Positions 1 through 9,522 of a stretch of DNA of 64,000 bases are shown piece by piece. This DNA is from Prasinococcaceae sp. CCMP 1430 (lineage: Eukaryota > Plantae > Prasinodermophyta). The notes under the pieces were generated by a model, which was not told where the DNA came from, did not search any database, and saw only the letters and a list, made by a program, of their open reading frames with translations. A program made the translations under genes and the position numbers. The DNA lies in NCBI GenBank assembly GCA_013416795.1, contig RQSC01000002.1:410603-474602 (forward strand), read 5' to 3'. Position 1 is the stretch's first letter. Each line of letters begins with the position of its first letter.

Positions 1-2
1 TG

Positions 3-1022
3 CAGCTCGCGCCTACCGCGGCGGTGCACTCTAACCGTGCGCTGTGCCGCATGAACCTAGGGGATGCGCGAGGCTGCGCCGAGGATTGCGATGCGGCGCT
101 CGAGCTCGATTCGGGCTACGTCAAGGCGTTGCATCGCCGCTCAAACGCGCGCATGCAGCTCGGTGACGCTTTGGGAGCGTTGGCTGACCTACGAATGGTG
201 GAGAAAGAGCTTCCAAACAATGCAAAAGTCAAGCGCGAGCTCTCGGCGGCCGAGGCGGCGGTGGCGGCGATGGATGTGGGAGGCGCCCAAGGGAGCGTGG
301 ATCGGCAAAAGATCCCCACCACCGAAGTGGCGCAATTCGATGACGAGGGGGTAAAGCACAGGCCGCAGGCGGCCGCGCCGGCCGAGGTCGAGGCGCAGGA
401 AGATGACAGCACCCGGGCAGCGCGGGCGCCGCTAGTTGCGGCGCGCGAGGAGGAACACTCTGGGACAAAACAGGTGATAGCGGAAGAGGTGGTGGAGACG
501 GTGGCAGCCGCAACAAAGCTGGCGCCCACCACAACCCCCGCGTCGGCACGAGCGGGGCCCGCGCGCACGCCTTCGCCAACCGCGGCTGCTGCAGCTGCGA
601 AGGCTGCTGGTGCCGCGCGTGCGGCTGCCATGACCCCGCCACGCACGCCAACCGACTTCGAGCGAAGCATGGCTACTCTGCGCGACGACCCAAAGACTGC
701 GCAAGAGTTCGTGCTGAGCATCCCCCCCGACGCCTACAAGCAGCTGTTCCGCGACGCGCTGAGCGGCGCGGCGATCGCATCAGTGGCGGATGCGCATGGC
801 GCAGCGTGCTCCGGTGAGCACGCTACGGGCGAGGTGGCGGCGGCTACTGCGGCGGCCGAGGCGCTCCTTGCGCTGTCCGCCGTGAATCGCTTCTCGATGG
901 CGGTCATGCTGCTCGGCAAGGCCGAGAAGGCGCGCGTTAAGGCGGCAATAGATGCTGTCGCGGCAGCTGGCGCGGACGCTGAACGCATGTCGCTCGTGAG
1001 GCAGAGATACCGCATCAAGTAA
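3..1022 (+). CDS. TPR-repeat co-chaperone with RPAP3-like C-terminal domain (5'-partial)
   Basis: TPR signature (SNRALCRMNLG...DCDAALELDSGYVKALHRRSNAR) plus C-terminal PRTPTDFERSMATL...IPPDAYKQLF resembling RPAP3_C. Frame is open from the window edge; stop TAA at 1020-1022. Confidence 0.75.
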   Translation, partial: QLAPTAAVHSNRALCRMNLGDARGCAEDCDAALELDSGYVKALHRRSNARMQLGDALGALADLRMVEKELPNNAKVKRELSAAEAAVAAMDVGGAQGSVDRQKIPTTEVAQFDDEGVKHRPQAAAPAEVEAQEDDSTRAARAPLVAAREEEHSGTKQVIAEEVVETVAAATKLAPTTTPASARAGPARTPSPTAAAAAAKAAGAARAAAMTPPRTPTDFERSMATLRDDPKTAQEFVLSIPPDAYKQLFRDALSGAAIASVADAHGAACSGEHATGEVAAATAAAEALLALSAVNRFSMAVMLLGKAEKARVKAAIDAVAAAGADAERMSLVRQRYRIK

Positions 1023-1086
1023 TACTACAGTAGAGTAGCACACGCTAAACCCCATGTACACAGGCGCCGCGACGACGCAAAGCAGC

Positions 1087-2305
1087 TCAGCGCTGCCCCA
1101 CTACGGCGAGCGCGTCCTCCGGCACCCGATGGTCTTCCGCGCGGCATCCACACCGAGCGCAGAACTCGGTGAGGTCAATGCGGCCCAGACGAAGGCCCAC
1201 TGGCATCGCGAAGCGCTGCGCCTCAGCAATGCGCGGCGCCCAGTAGCCCGCGCACACTGTGAAGCGGTTGAGCTCATCGGTGGCCTTGGACATTCGCTTG
1301 GTGCATTCGGCACGTGGCACACCCTCGCCGTCCACCTGCAAGCGTGTGGGTGCGCCGGATATGTGAGCTTTGCAGCGCACGTCGCCAGACGCACATTGCA
1401 ATGCGAAAGCGCGTGCGGTGTGAGCGAGCGATCACGCACCTTGACACGTTGGAAAGGCTTTGGCGCGCCCAACGGGTGCTCCGCCTCTGCCGCACGGATT
1501 GCAGCGAGCACCGCGCGCTCCGCGAGGCGCTCATCGTCGTAAAAGCGCAGCTTGAGCTCCTCTTCGCGCACGTATTTGGCTTGCTCTGGCATCACGTAGG
1601 TTGGATCCTTGTGCATCTAGTCAATGTTGCGGCGCGGTCGCACGCGGGCAGCGGGTCAGTCGGCAAATGAGCGGATGCGTGCCCGGATGCACGCACGCGC
1701 CCGAGCGCGCGCCCGCATACGCCGGGCAGGTCCCTTCTCACCCTTTCAACATTCTTTCGCGACTCCTCCAGCTGTTCCTCGGAGGGGGGTGGCGGCATGT
1801 TCTTCATGAAGGCTCCTGGATTGTCGTCGTACTCCTCCCGCTGCCGATTGCGCTCAGCATCTTCGCTGGCAGCGCGCGCCTTTGCCTCCGCGAGGACCTT
1901 GTCGCGCTCCCTTTGCCGTTCGGAGGCGGAGGCGATAGCAGCGGCTACACGCGTGTCGGCCTCGCAGCGCGCCGCCGTCGCCGCGCCGCGCGAGGTTTTA
2001 GCTTGCGGTTGTTGGTGTGATTTCTGTTCCTGAGTGTGCACCTGCGCCAGTGCCTGATCGTGCTGGAGAGCCTGCTGTTTGGTCTGCTCCTGGGGGTGCC
2101 CCTTCACCTCCGCGTTCCATTCGGGGTCGAACGCAACGCTGGCAAGCCTAACGAAGCGAACGGCACCCGCGTGTGGCCCGTCGAGAACGCGCACACGCGC
2201 GCTCGTGGCGCCTGCGGCGGCCCCCCCCGCGGCGAGCGACACGCGCGCGCCCGCGAGCGCGCCCGTCGACACGCGTCCGGCCGCGCCCTCGGAAACCGAC
2301 GCCAT
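1087..2305 (-). CDS. Hypothetical protein, coiled-coil with C-terminal Cys/His motif; exons 2305-1742, 1616-1440, 1335-1087
   Basis: Two phase-0 GT-AG introns (1741-1617, 1439-1336) join three ORF segments in frame (KNVER|MHKDP; FQRVK|VDGEG). Ends FCARCGCRAEDH...GQR*. A further in-frame intron near 2140-2195 is possible. Confidence 0.6.
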
Positions 2306-2609
2306 CGATTCCGCCCCAGGCCCCCGCCCGCACCGGCTCAATCTCCCGCGCCCCCGTCGGCCTCTGCCACAAGCCCTGCTGCCTCGGCCGCCGGCCGCGA
2401 CAGAAGCGGCCGAGCGCCTCGCCCCGCGCACCCCGCCGCGCCCAGCCGCGCCGCTCCACCCCGCCGCCACGCTCGCTCGCTCGCTCGCTCGCTCGCTCGC
2501 TGCCGCGCGGTTGGCGGCGCTCTGCCACCTCGGCCGCCCCCGCCGCCGGGGGAACCGCGCCCGTTCGGGGGCGATATGAATTCGAATGCACGGAACCCGG
2601 TCTACCATA

Positions 2610-2635
2610 TTTAGGGTTACATTCATAAACCCTAA
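2610..2635. promoter_or_regulatory. Telo-box motifs (TTAGGGTT / AAACCCTAA)
   Basis: Exact AAACCCTAA at 2627-2635 in a short AT-rich intergenic island upstream of the 2305 start. Confidence 0.55.
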
Positions 2636-2667
2636 TTCATTTGAGCGCTGAGCACTCATCAGAGCGC

Positions 2668-3429
2668 CTAGTGCAACTCCCAAGTCGCCTGGATGGAGGG
2701 CTGGGCGGGCAAGTACTCCTTGGTGAGCGCCGTCAAGACGAACCAGGCGTAGTCTAGGGAGGCCAGCACCAAGGCCGGCACGGGTGGCGTCTGCATCCCG
2801 CCCACCCGGGAGTCGTACGCGGCGAAGTCCAACGTGGCCAACACCGGGATGAGCGCCGTGCACGACGTGTACGACGCGAGGAACGCGAGCTGCGCGCGCG
2901 TGCAGGTGGCCACTCCCCCGCCTTCGTAGAAGTTTGCAGCTACCGAGAACCACCTAAGCACAACAACGAGCATGAAGCTCCAAAAGTGAACCCACAGGTC
3001 CTCGAACGGCGACACGACCAGGAAGAGGCCCAACACGGCGCTGCCTGCGAAGTAGAGCCCGTTGCCCCAGGCCGTGGCGCGCACCTTAGCACGCGTGGAG
3101 CGACCTGCGACGAGCTCGAGCCGGGCGCGGAGCGTGTCCAGCTCGCAGTAGCGCATATTGTGGAAGGCGATAAGCGTCACGAACGGCAGCGCCAGCGCCC
3201 GTGCCGGCTGTGTGTCAAAGCCCACGCACACCGTGTTGTAGCCCAGACGATCTCTCAGCGGATTGTCTGCAACCAGCCCGGGCCTGAAGACGCCTGTGAC
3301 GGCCCAACACGTTGCGCACATCAGCGCGAGTAGTTCGCCAGCGGCGCCCATGTAATGCTCGGGCGTCACCACCGCCGCGCGCGGCGAGCCCGGCGCTGTG
3401 GCCGAGTAGAGGGCGCGCAACGACGCCAT
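2668..3429 (-). CDS. Uncharacterised multi-pass membrane protein
   Basis: Intronless ORF from MASLRALY (ATG 3429) with several hydrophobic segments (LLALMCATCWAV, LYFAGSAVLGLFLVV, FWSFMLVVVLRWF) and coding-like codon use. Confidence 0.65.
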   Translation of the reverse strand: MASLRALYSATAPGSPRAAVVTPEHYMGAAGELLALMCATCWAVTGVFRPGLVADNPLRDRLGYNTVCVGFDTQPARALALPFVTLIAFHNMRYCELDTLRARLELVAGRSTRAKVRATAWGNGLYFAGSAVLGLFLVVSPFEDLWVHFWSFMLVVVLRWFSVAANFYEGGGVATCTRAQLAFLASYTSCTALIPVLATLDFAAYDSRVGGMQTPPVPALVLASLDYAWFVLTALTKEYLPAQPSIQATWELH

Positions 3430-3745
3430 CGCGAGCGGGGGATCACACACGGCCGCTGTCCCCCCGACTCTGCCCCCGCCGCGAGGGAGCAGCTGGCCGC
3501 GCGCGCAGCGCCGCCATGGGCCCCGCACTCGCTGTGGCGGGTGGTGCTGCGGTGCCAACCCGAGACTCATAACTTTGGCGCAAGGCAAAAATCTGCGTAT
3601 GTGTGCGTGCGCACACGGGTCCCGCGCCACACGCGCGCCGACACCTGCACTCCGCACCCACACGGCGCCCGGCGAGTAGGCGGGGCGGCGCCCGGCGCCG
3701 CGCCGTCCCGCTGGGAGCCGTGTCCGCCGGGCTGGCCGGTGCCGC

Positions 3746-4588
3746 GTGCTCGCCGACGCGCTCAGCGCGGCTGTCGGGGCGGTCGCGCGGCCCGCCGACG
3801 CGGCGCTCAGCGCGCCGCCGTTCAGGGAGTTCTCGCTCCCCGCACCGGAGCTCGGCCGCGATGTACTGCTGCGCGTCGCCGAGCGCCGCGTTGACAACGC
3901 CTCGGCAACCACGGGCACAGCTGTATGGGCAGCCTCGCTCATGCTCGCCGCGCGCCTCTGCGAGGACTACGCGGGCGACGTGCTCAGTTGCGGCTCCCTG
4001 CTGGAGCTGGGCTGCGGCTGCGGCTGCCCGGCGCTCGCGGCGGCCGCGCTCGGCGCGCGCGCTGTCGCTGCGAGCGACTACAGGCAAGAGCTGCTCGCGA
4101 CCGTCGAGGAGAGCAGGTCCATGCTGGAGGCTGACGCGCGCGCGCGCCTCACGACGCTCGTGCTGGACTGGGAGCGCGAGTCGGCGGCTTGGTCCGCGGG
4201 TGAACGCGCGGCCGCGGCGGACTCCACCTTCGGCATGGTGGTGGGCGCGGAGATAATCTACGAGGCAGATCACCCGCAGCTGGTGGCGCGCACGGTGGCG
4301 AGGCGGCTCGCCAGGGGGGGCGCGGCCGAGCGCGGCGACGCCTTCGAGCCGCTCGCGCTGCTCTCGCTGGGCGTGCGCTCCGAGCGGCGGCTGCAGCAGC
4401 TGCGCGACGAGCTGGCCGCCGCGGGGCTGCGCGTGCGCCGCGAGCGCGAGCTGGTCGTGGACGACGACGTGTGGGCCCTGGGGGGCGGCGAGGGCGCCTA
4501 CATCGGCGCCGACATCGGCGTCGGCAAGTGCAGGGTCGGCGCCGCCGGCGGGGGCTTCGTGCTGCTCGAGGTGACGCACGCCGACTAG
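3746..4588 (+). CDS. Family-16 (METTL21-like) SAM-dependent protein lysine methyltransferase; start unresolved
   Basis: TGTAVWAASLMLA, motif I LLELGCGCGCPAL, ASDY, LDW and VVGAEIIYE motifs. No in-frame ATG at the 5' end: ATG 3599 is cut off by TAG 3677. Confidence 0.8.
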   Translation: MLADALSAAVGAVARPADAALSAPPFREFSLPAPELGRDVLLRVAERRVDNASATTGTAVWAASLMLAARLCEDYAGDVLSCGSLLELGCGCGCPALAAAALGARAVAASDYRQELLATVEESRSMLEADARARLTTLVLDWERESAAWSAGERAAAADSTFGMVVGAEIIYEADHPQLVARTVARRLARGGAAERGDAFEPLALLSLGVRSERRLQQLRDELAAAGLRVRRERELVVDDDVWALGGGEGAYIGADIGVGKCRVGAAGGGFVLLEVTHAD

Positions 4589-4618
4589 AGGCGGTCGACC
4601 TCGCTACGTGCAGCAGTA

Positions 4619-4642
4619 TTAGGGTTTATAGATAGGGTTTAG
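4619..4642. promoter_or_regulatory. Two telo-box copies (TAGGGTTTA)
   Basis: ttagggtttatagatagggtttag in the AT-rich intergenic region upstream of the CIA30 gene. Confidence 0.55.
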
Positions 4643-4890
4643 TATATTGTACGGAATCGCTTTTTTCGTGCCGTTTCTCCGCGTGTTTTGAGGTTCCCCT
4701 GCATGCTCGTACCCCGCCCTCCAGAAAAAACGCTTTCAAAGTGACGTGCGATTTATCCGCTCCGTTGTTCTGTGTTTGGTGCGGTCTGCTGCGGGCCCCA
4801 ACCGAACGCGGGGGAGCGCGCGCGTGGCGCGAGGGGGCGGCGCCACAGCGCGTGCGCGTGTGCGGGGCGGCGCGTGCGGGGGGAGGAGGG

Positions 4891-6137
4891 ATGGCGGCGG
4901 CGATGGCGGGGATCGGAGCCCGGGTGACGGCGGCGCCGCTGCGCGCGCGCGCGCGCGGTGCGGCGGGCGCGGCAAGGGCGACGCGGACGGCACCGCGAAG
5001 GGGGGCAAGGCCGCCAAGGCGAAGAAGGCCGGCAAGGCGAAGGGTGAACAGGCGGGCAAGAAGGAGGGCAAGGAAGGCAAAGGCAAGGGAACGGATGGAA
5101 AGAAGAAGCAGGGCAAGAAGGAGAGGGCGATTCTGGCAGCGGCGTTGGTGGACGGCGGCGGCGACGAGGCGGCCCTCGCCGCGGCTGCGGGCGCCTTTGA
5201 GCGTGTGGACGACGTGGTGATGGGCGGGGTGTCGTCGAGCGCGGTGCGCGCCGACGTGGCGCGGGGCGCGCTTGCGTGGGCGGGCGTGCTTCGTGCGACC
5301 GGCGGCGGCTTCGCTGGCTGCCGCACGCGCCCGCTAGGCGCGCCGCTCGACCTCGCAGCCTTCGAAGGCATCTCGCTGCGCTGTGCGCTCGTCTCGGACG
5401 ACGAGCCCGAACGCCGCACGTGGAAATTCACCGTGCGCACGCGCGCCGACCGCGGCGAAGTCGTCTACCAGGCGCCATTCGTGCCTCCCGTCGAGAATGG
5501 CGCACCACCTGCCGCCATTGAGCTCCCCTGGTCGGCCTTCACGCTCGTGCGCGGCGGGAGCGCGGCGCCTGATGCTCCCCCGCTCTGCGCCGCTGACGTG
5601 GCGTCGGTATACGGCGTGGGCGCAATTGTCAGTCGCTTCGGCGCAGCGGCGCCCGGCGAGAGGTCACCGCCGATGGAAGACTTTCGCGAGGGCCCGTTCC
5701 GCCTGGACGTGCACGCGCTCGGCGTGTACGGAGGGGTCGCCGGTGTGTCTGTGCCGCCCACTCTGGCGGAGGCCGCCACGGCCGAGGACACGTCCAACCG
5801 CGGCGAAAGCACAGCGCTGCAGCGGGCGTTGCAACCGCTGGTGCGACTGGTCTTCTCCGAGGTGGCGCGTCGGCGGGCGCTCACCCGCAAGCTGCTCGCC
5901 GAGCGGTACGGCTGCTCGACGGCACTGGCAGGTCAGGTGAAGGCGCGTCTCGCGGGGCAACGCCTCAAGCGTGCTCGCGGTCTCAGCGCCGCTGCCGCCG
6001 CCGTAGAGGGACTCAAGCAGCTCGCACGCGACATCGTCGCCGCCGCGCTCGCGTTTCCGCTTCGGCTGCTCTTTCGCGCCGCGCGCGCCGTCGCGCGCGC
6101 AAGGAGTGCCAAGGCAGCGAAGGCGCAGAGCACCTGA
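4891..6137 (+). CDS. CIA30 (complex I intermediate-associated protein 30) domain protein, with apparent frameshift in a (GC)n tract near 4940-4957
   Basis: FERVDDVVMGGVSSS, GGFAGCRT, LDLAAFEGISL, WKFTVRT...VYQAPF. ATG 4891 gives a transit-peptide-like MAAAMAGIGARVTAAPLRARAR in a different frame. Confidence 0.75.
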
Positions 6138-6260
6138 GGCACAGACGTCGGCGGTCGGACGTTTGCAGGCGCTCTCGCATCTGGTCCACACGCACGCGCA
6201 CCACCATGTTACGGCCTATAAATCATGATCCCGTGCACATACGGCGCGGCCGCCCGCGCG

Positions 6261-8864
6261 CTAGGCAGTAATGCGGGCGAGGACTGACCTGCGTAACTCG
6301 CTTTCAGCGAAGACGGCTCGCACGAGCGAGCTCACCTCTTCCTGGCCCATACCCGCGGCCGAGAGCATCCCGCTCTCCCATGACTCAGGGATATCGGCGA
6401 GGCCGGCGTCCAGAAGTTGTGCGAGCGCCTTCACACGCAGACACTGCGGTGCGTCGAGGTCAAGATTGCCACCACCAGGCAGCGCGCCTCGACCGGCATC
6501 AATCCACTGCGACGCAGCAACTGCGAGCGTGTGTAGCGCCTCGCAATCCTGGCGGAACGGAAGAATCCGGCGGCGTGCGCAAAGCATTAGAAACGGCGAC
6601 CACATTTGCGCGCGCACACACTCGCGCTCGGCAACGAGGGCTGCACGAGCGCATGCGCAAACGCACCTTTACGCCAATCTCACGCTGCATGAGTACCTCG
6701 CTCGCGAAGCGGTCCAGGCTCTCGTCGACAAGAAATGAAAGGGTTTCCGAGGCGATTTCCTCGTCGGCGACGTCGCCCCAAGCGCGCGCGAGCTTGCGCA
6801 GCATGTCATCCACGCTGGCGATGGCGCGCGGCAACGCACACGGGCCTGCAGCGTCGGCGCCCGCGTCTGAGAAGCCGTTGGCAGCATCGAGCATGGAGGC
6901 AATCTCGGCGTCGTGGTTCTGGGCGGCCTCGGCACGCGCCTCATCGGCCTCGCGCCGGAGGGGAGCCGATGCGGCCACAAGCTTCGCCACAGCGGCGTCG
7001 CCACACGCCGCGCGCCGCACGGCAGCGAGCATGACAGCGCAGTGCGCGGCGAATGCGCAGTCATTCGAAAAGAGCATCTCGCAGCGGGCCGCGCCGCCCG
7101 ACGCGGCCACGCGAGCCATCATAAGGGCTCGAGGCATGTCGAGGCACGCCAGTGCACAGTCGACGAAGGCATCGCGCGCTGACGTGGCACCCTTCGCGGC
7201 AGCCGCCGCCGCGTCGGCCATGCACGCATCCGCGGCGGCGGCCGCCGCGATCGCGCCCTCAGAGACGGAGAACGCGGGGCACAGCGGGATCGCCGACGCG
7301 TACGCGCACTGATCGGTGTCGGAGCCCGCATCAACATCGTCTTCGCCCGCTCCCTCAAGCTCAGCAGCTGCGGCCATGAAACCTACTGTGCGGTCCAGTC
7401 TTGACTCGAGACGTCTGCCTTCGCCACCGCCCGCCTTGGCGCTGCGTATGAGCGCATCTCGCACGTCCATGAGTGCAGCGGCGCCACGCTGCCGCGCGAA
7501 CACAGTGTCGGACTCGGAGGCCCACACGGAAAGCGCGCCGGCTGCGCCAGCGCCATCCTCGAGGATTTCCTCCCCGAAGAGCTTCATCACGTCGCTCTCG
7601 AGCGCAACGGTCCGGTCACCGAGCGTCTTGAAGCGGGCAAGCTCGTCGAGCTCTGTGGGCACCGCGGCCGCAAGGGGTCCCGACAGCAACGTTGAGCACA
7701 CTGACTCCCAGAGCGCCTTCAGCAGCGGCGCGGTCGCGCCCTTCTTACTGACACCGACGCCTGTATCGTCGGAGGCGTCAGCCTGCTGGCCCACACCCGC
7801 CGCGACAAAGCGCAGCACAGCGAGGGCGTGTGAACACGCCGCCTCGGCCGCAGCACATTTGTCACCCGCGCGATCCACGCTTAGGTCGTTTCGCTTGTTG
7901 ACGACGAGCAGCTCACCACCCTCAGCGACATTGGTCTGAAGCTCCAGCGGCCGAGCGAGCAGCGGCGTGACGACACCCTCGAGGAGCGTGGCCGTAAATG
8001 CGTCGGCTAGCGGCACGGCGACGCGCAGGTCTGCGGCTGCGCCAAGCACGTCCGCGAGTGTGACTGAGGCGTGCTCTTGCGCGCCTGCCAGCAACTCAGA
8101 CGCTGGCAAGGCCCTGCGCACCCGCAGCGAAGCCACGCCCTGGGCGTTCGCCGAGTCCGCTGAGACGGCCAGTGCGCGCACGAAGCCCGCTTGCAGCGCG
8201 TCCATGGCATTCTGGTGACATGTGTCCGCCTCGTCCACGACAGCCATGACCATCCGCATTGCAGGATCCGCCACATTCGAACCGGTAGGAGCGCCCCATA
8301 CCATGCCGCCGTCGTCGGGGCCAGTGCTCCGGGAGAAGCGCTCCTCCAGTGCCGTCGCCGCCGCGCGCAGGTCGGCTGCCGCCGCCGCGGTGCCTCGCAG
8401 GTCGCCGGAAGCTACCGCACGCTCGTAGCGCTCGAACGCGGGTGAGGCACCTTCGAGCACCGCGTCGGCCACCTCCGCCTCCCGCGTTGCTCGCGCGGCC
8501 GCGGCCACTGCATCGGCAAGCTCTGCCGCCGCCGCCAGCGGCGTCTCTGACGTGTCCACCCCGCTCTCTTCGAGCGCCTCGAGCAGCTCCGACCCCCACG
8601 CTGCCGCCAGGCGCACCACCTCGGACGAGTGCGCGCCGTCGCCGTCGCCGTCGTCATCCCCGGCACCCTCGCAGCTCGCCTCGTCCTGCTCCCCCTCGAC
8701 GCCGCCCTGCGCCGCGCCCAGGAGCTCCCCGAGCAGCGCCTCGCCGCCGCCCCTTCCGTACAGGTGATGATGGTGGCGTTCATCGCCCCGTGGTGCGTGC
8801 ACTGCAATCGCGCCCCCGCCAGCGCCGCGCCCAGCACCAGGCGCGCGCCCTCCGCGTCCACCAT
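6261..8864 (-). CDS. ZW10: Centromere/kinetochore protein ZW10 / DSL1-complex subunit; exons 8864-8803, 8752-6667, 6548-6261
   Basis: C-terminus VKALAQLLDAGLADIPESWESG...VRAVFAESELRRSVL and MLFSNDC match ZW10. Intron 6666-6549 is canonical. A 50-nt GT-AG segment (8802-8753) must be removed to link ATG 8864 to the main frame. Confidence 0.8.
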
Positions 8865-9522
8865 CGCCGCCCCCGCCCCGCCGCGCGTGCGTGCTCTGGC
8901 TCTGGTGCGGGCAAACACAATAATTAAAAAATAACTGAGAAAAAACGTGGCCATTGTCCACAATCAAAATGCATCAAATAATCCCGATCTCACGCCCACG
9001 CGATCGCGCAAGGTCACCCGGGATGCTTCTTGAGTCTCCCGTGGTCACAGAGCGATCTTCTTTGGTTTGGGTTGCGGTCTCCCGCCTTGCAGTTTGAACT
9101 GGCTGTTCGCGCGACGCGCGCGCGCGCGCCACTTTTGTTACCAGTCAGTCGGCGCGGGCTGTTGGCGTGCGCCGGACCTGTCGCTGTCGGGGTGGGGTGG
9201 TGGGGGAGGTGGGGAGGGAGGGCGACTGCGCCACACCGCCCTCGCCGGGCTCACGGGACGCCGCGGGCGAGGCGGGCGAGGGAGAACGCGGGGGGGAGGG
9301 GGGGGGCGCCGCGCGGGCAGTCGAGGGGGTGTCGCGAGGCGGCTGTCTGCTCGTCGGTGGCGCTCGTGTGCGTGCGCACACTCGATCGAAAATTGCTCCA
9401 CGGCACGACGGTTGGCACGCGAGGCGCCGGCAGCGCCACCAGCGGGGAAGGAGGGCGGGGGCTGTCGGTGCCGCGGAGCGCGGGCGAGTAGCACGCTCCG
9501 TCGTGGTCTGGGCTACGTGGCG

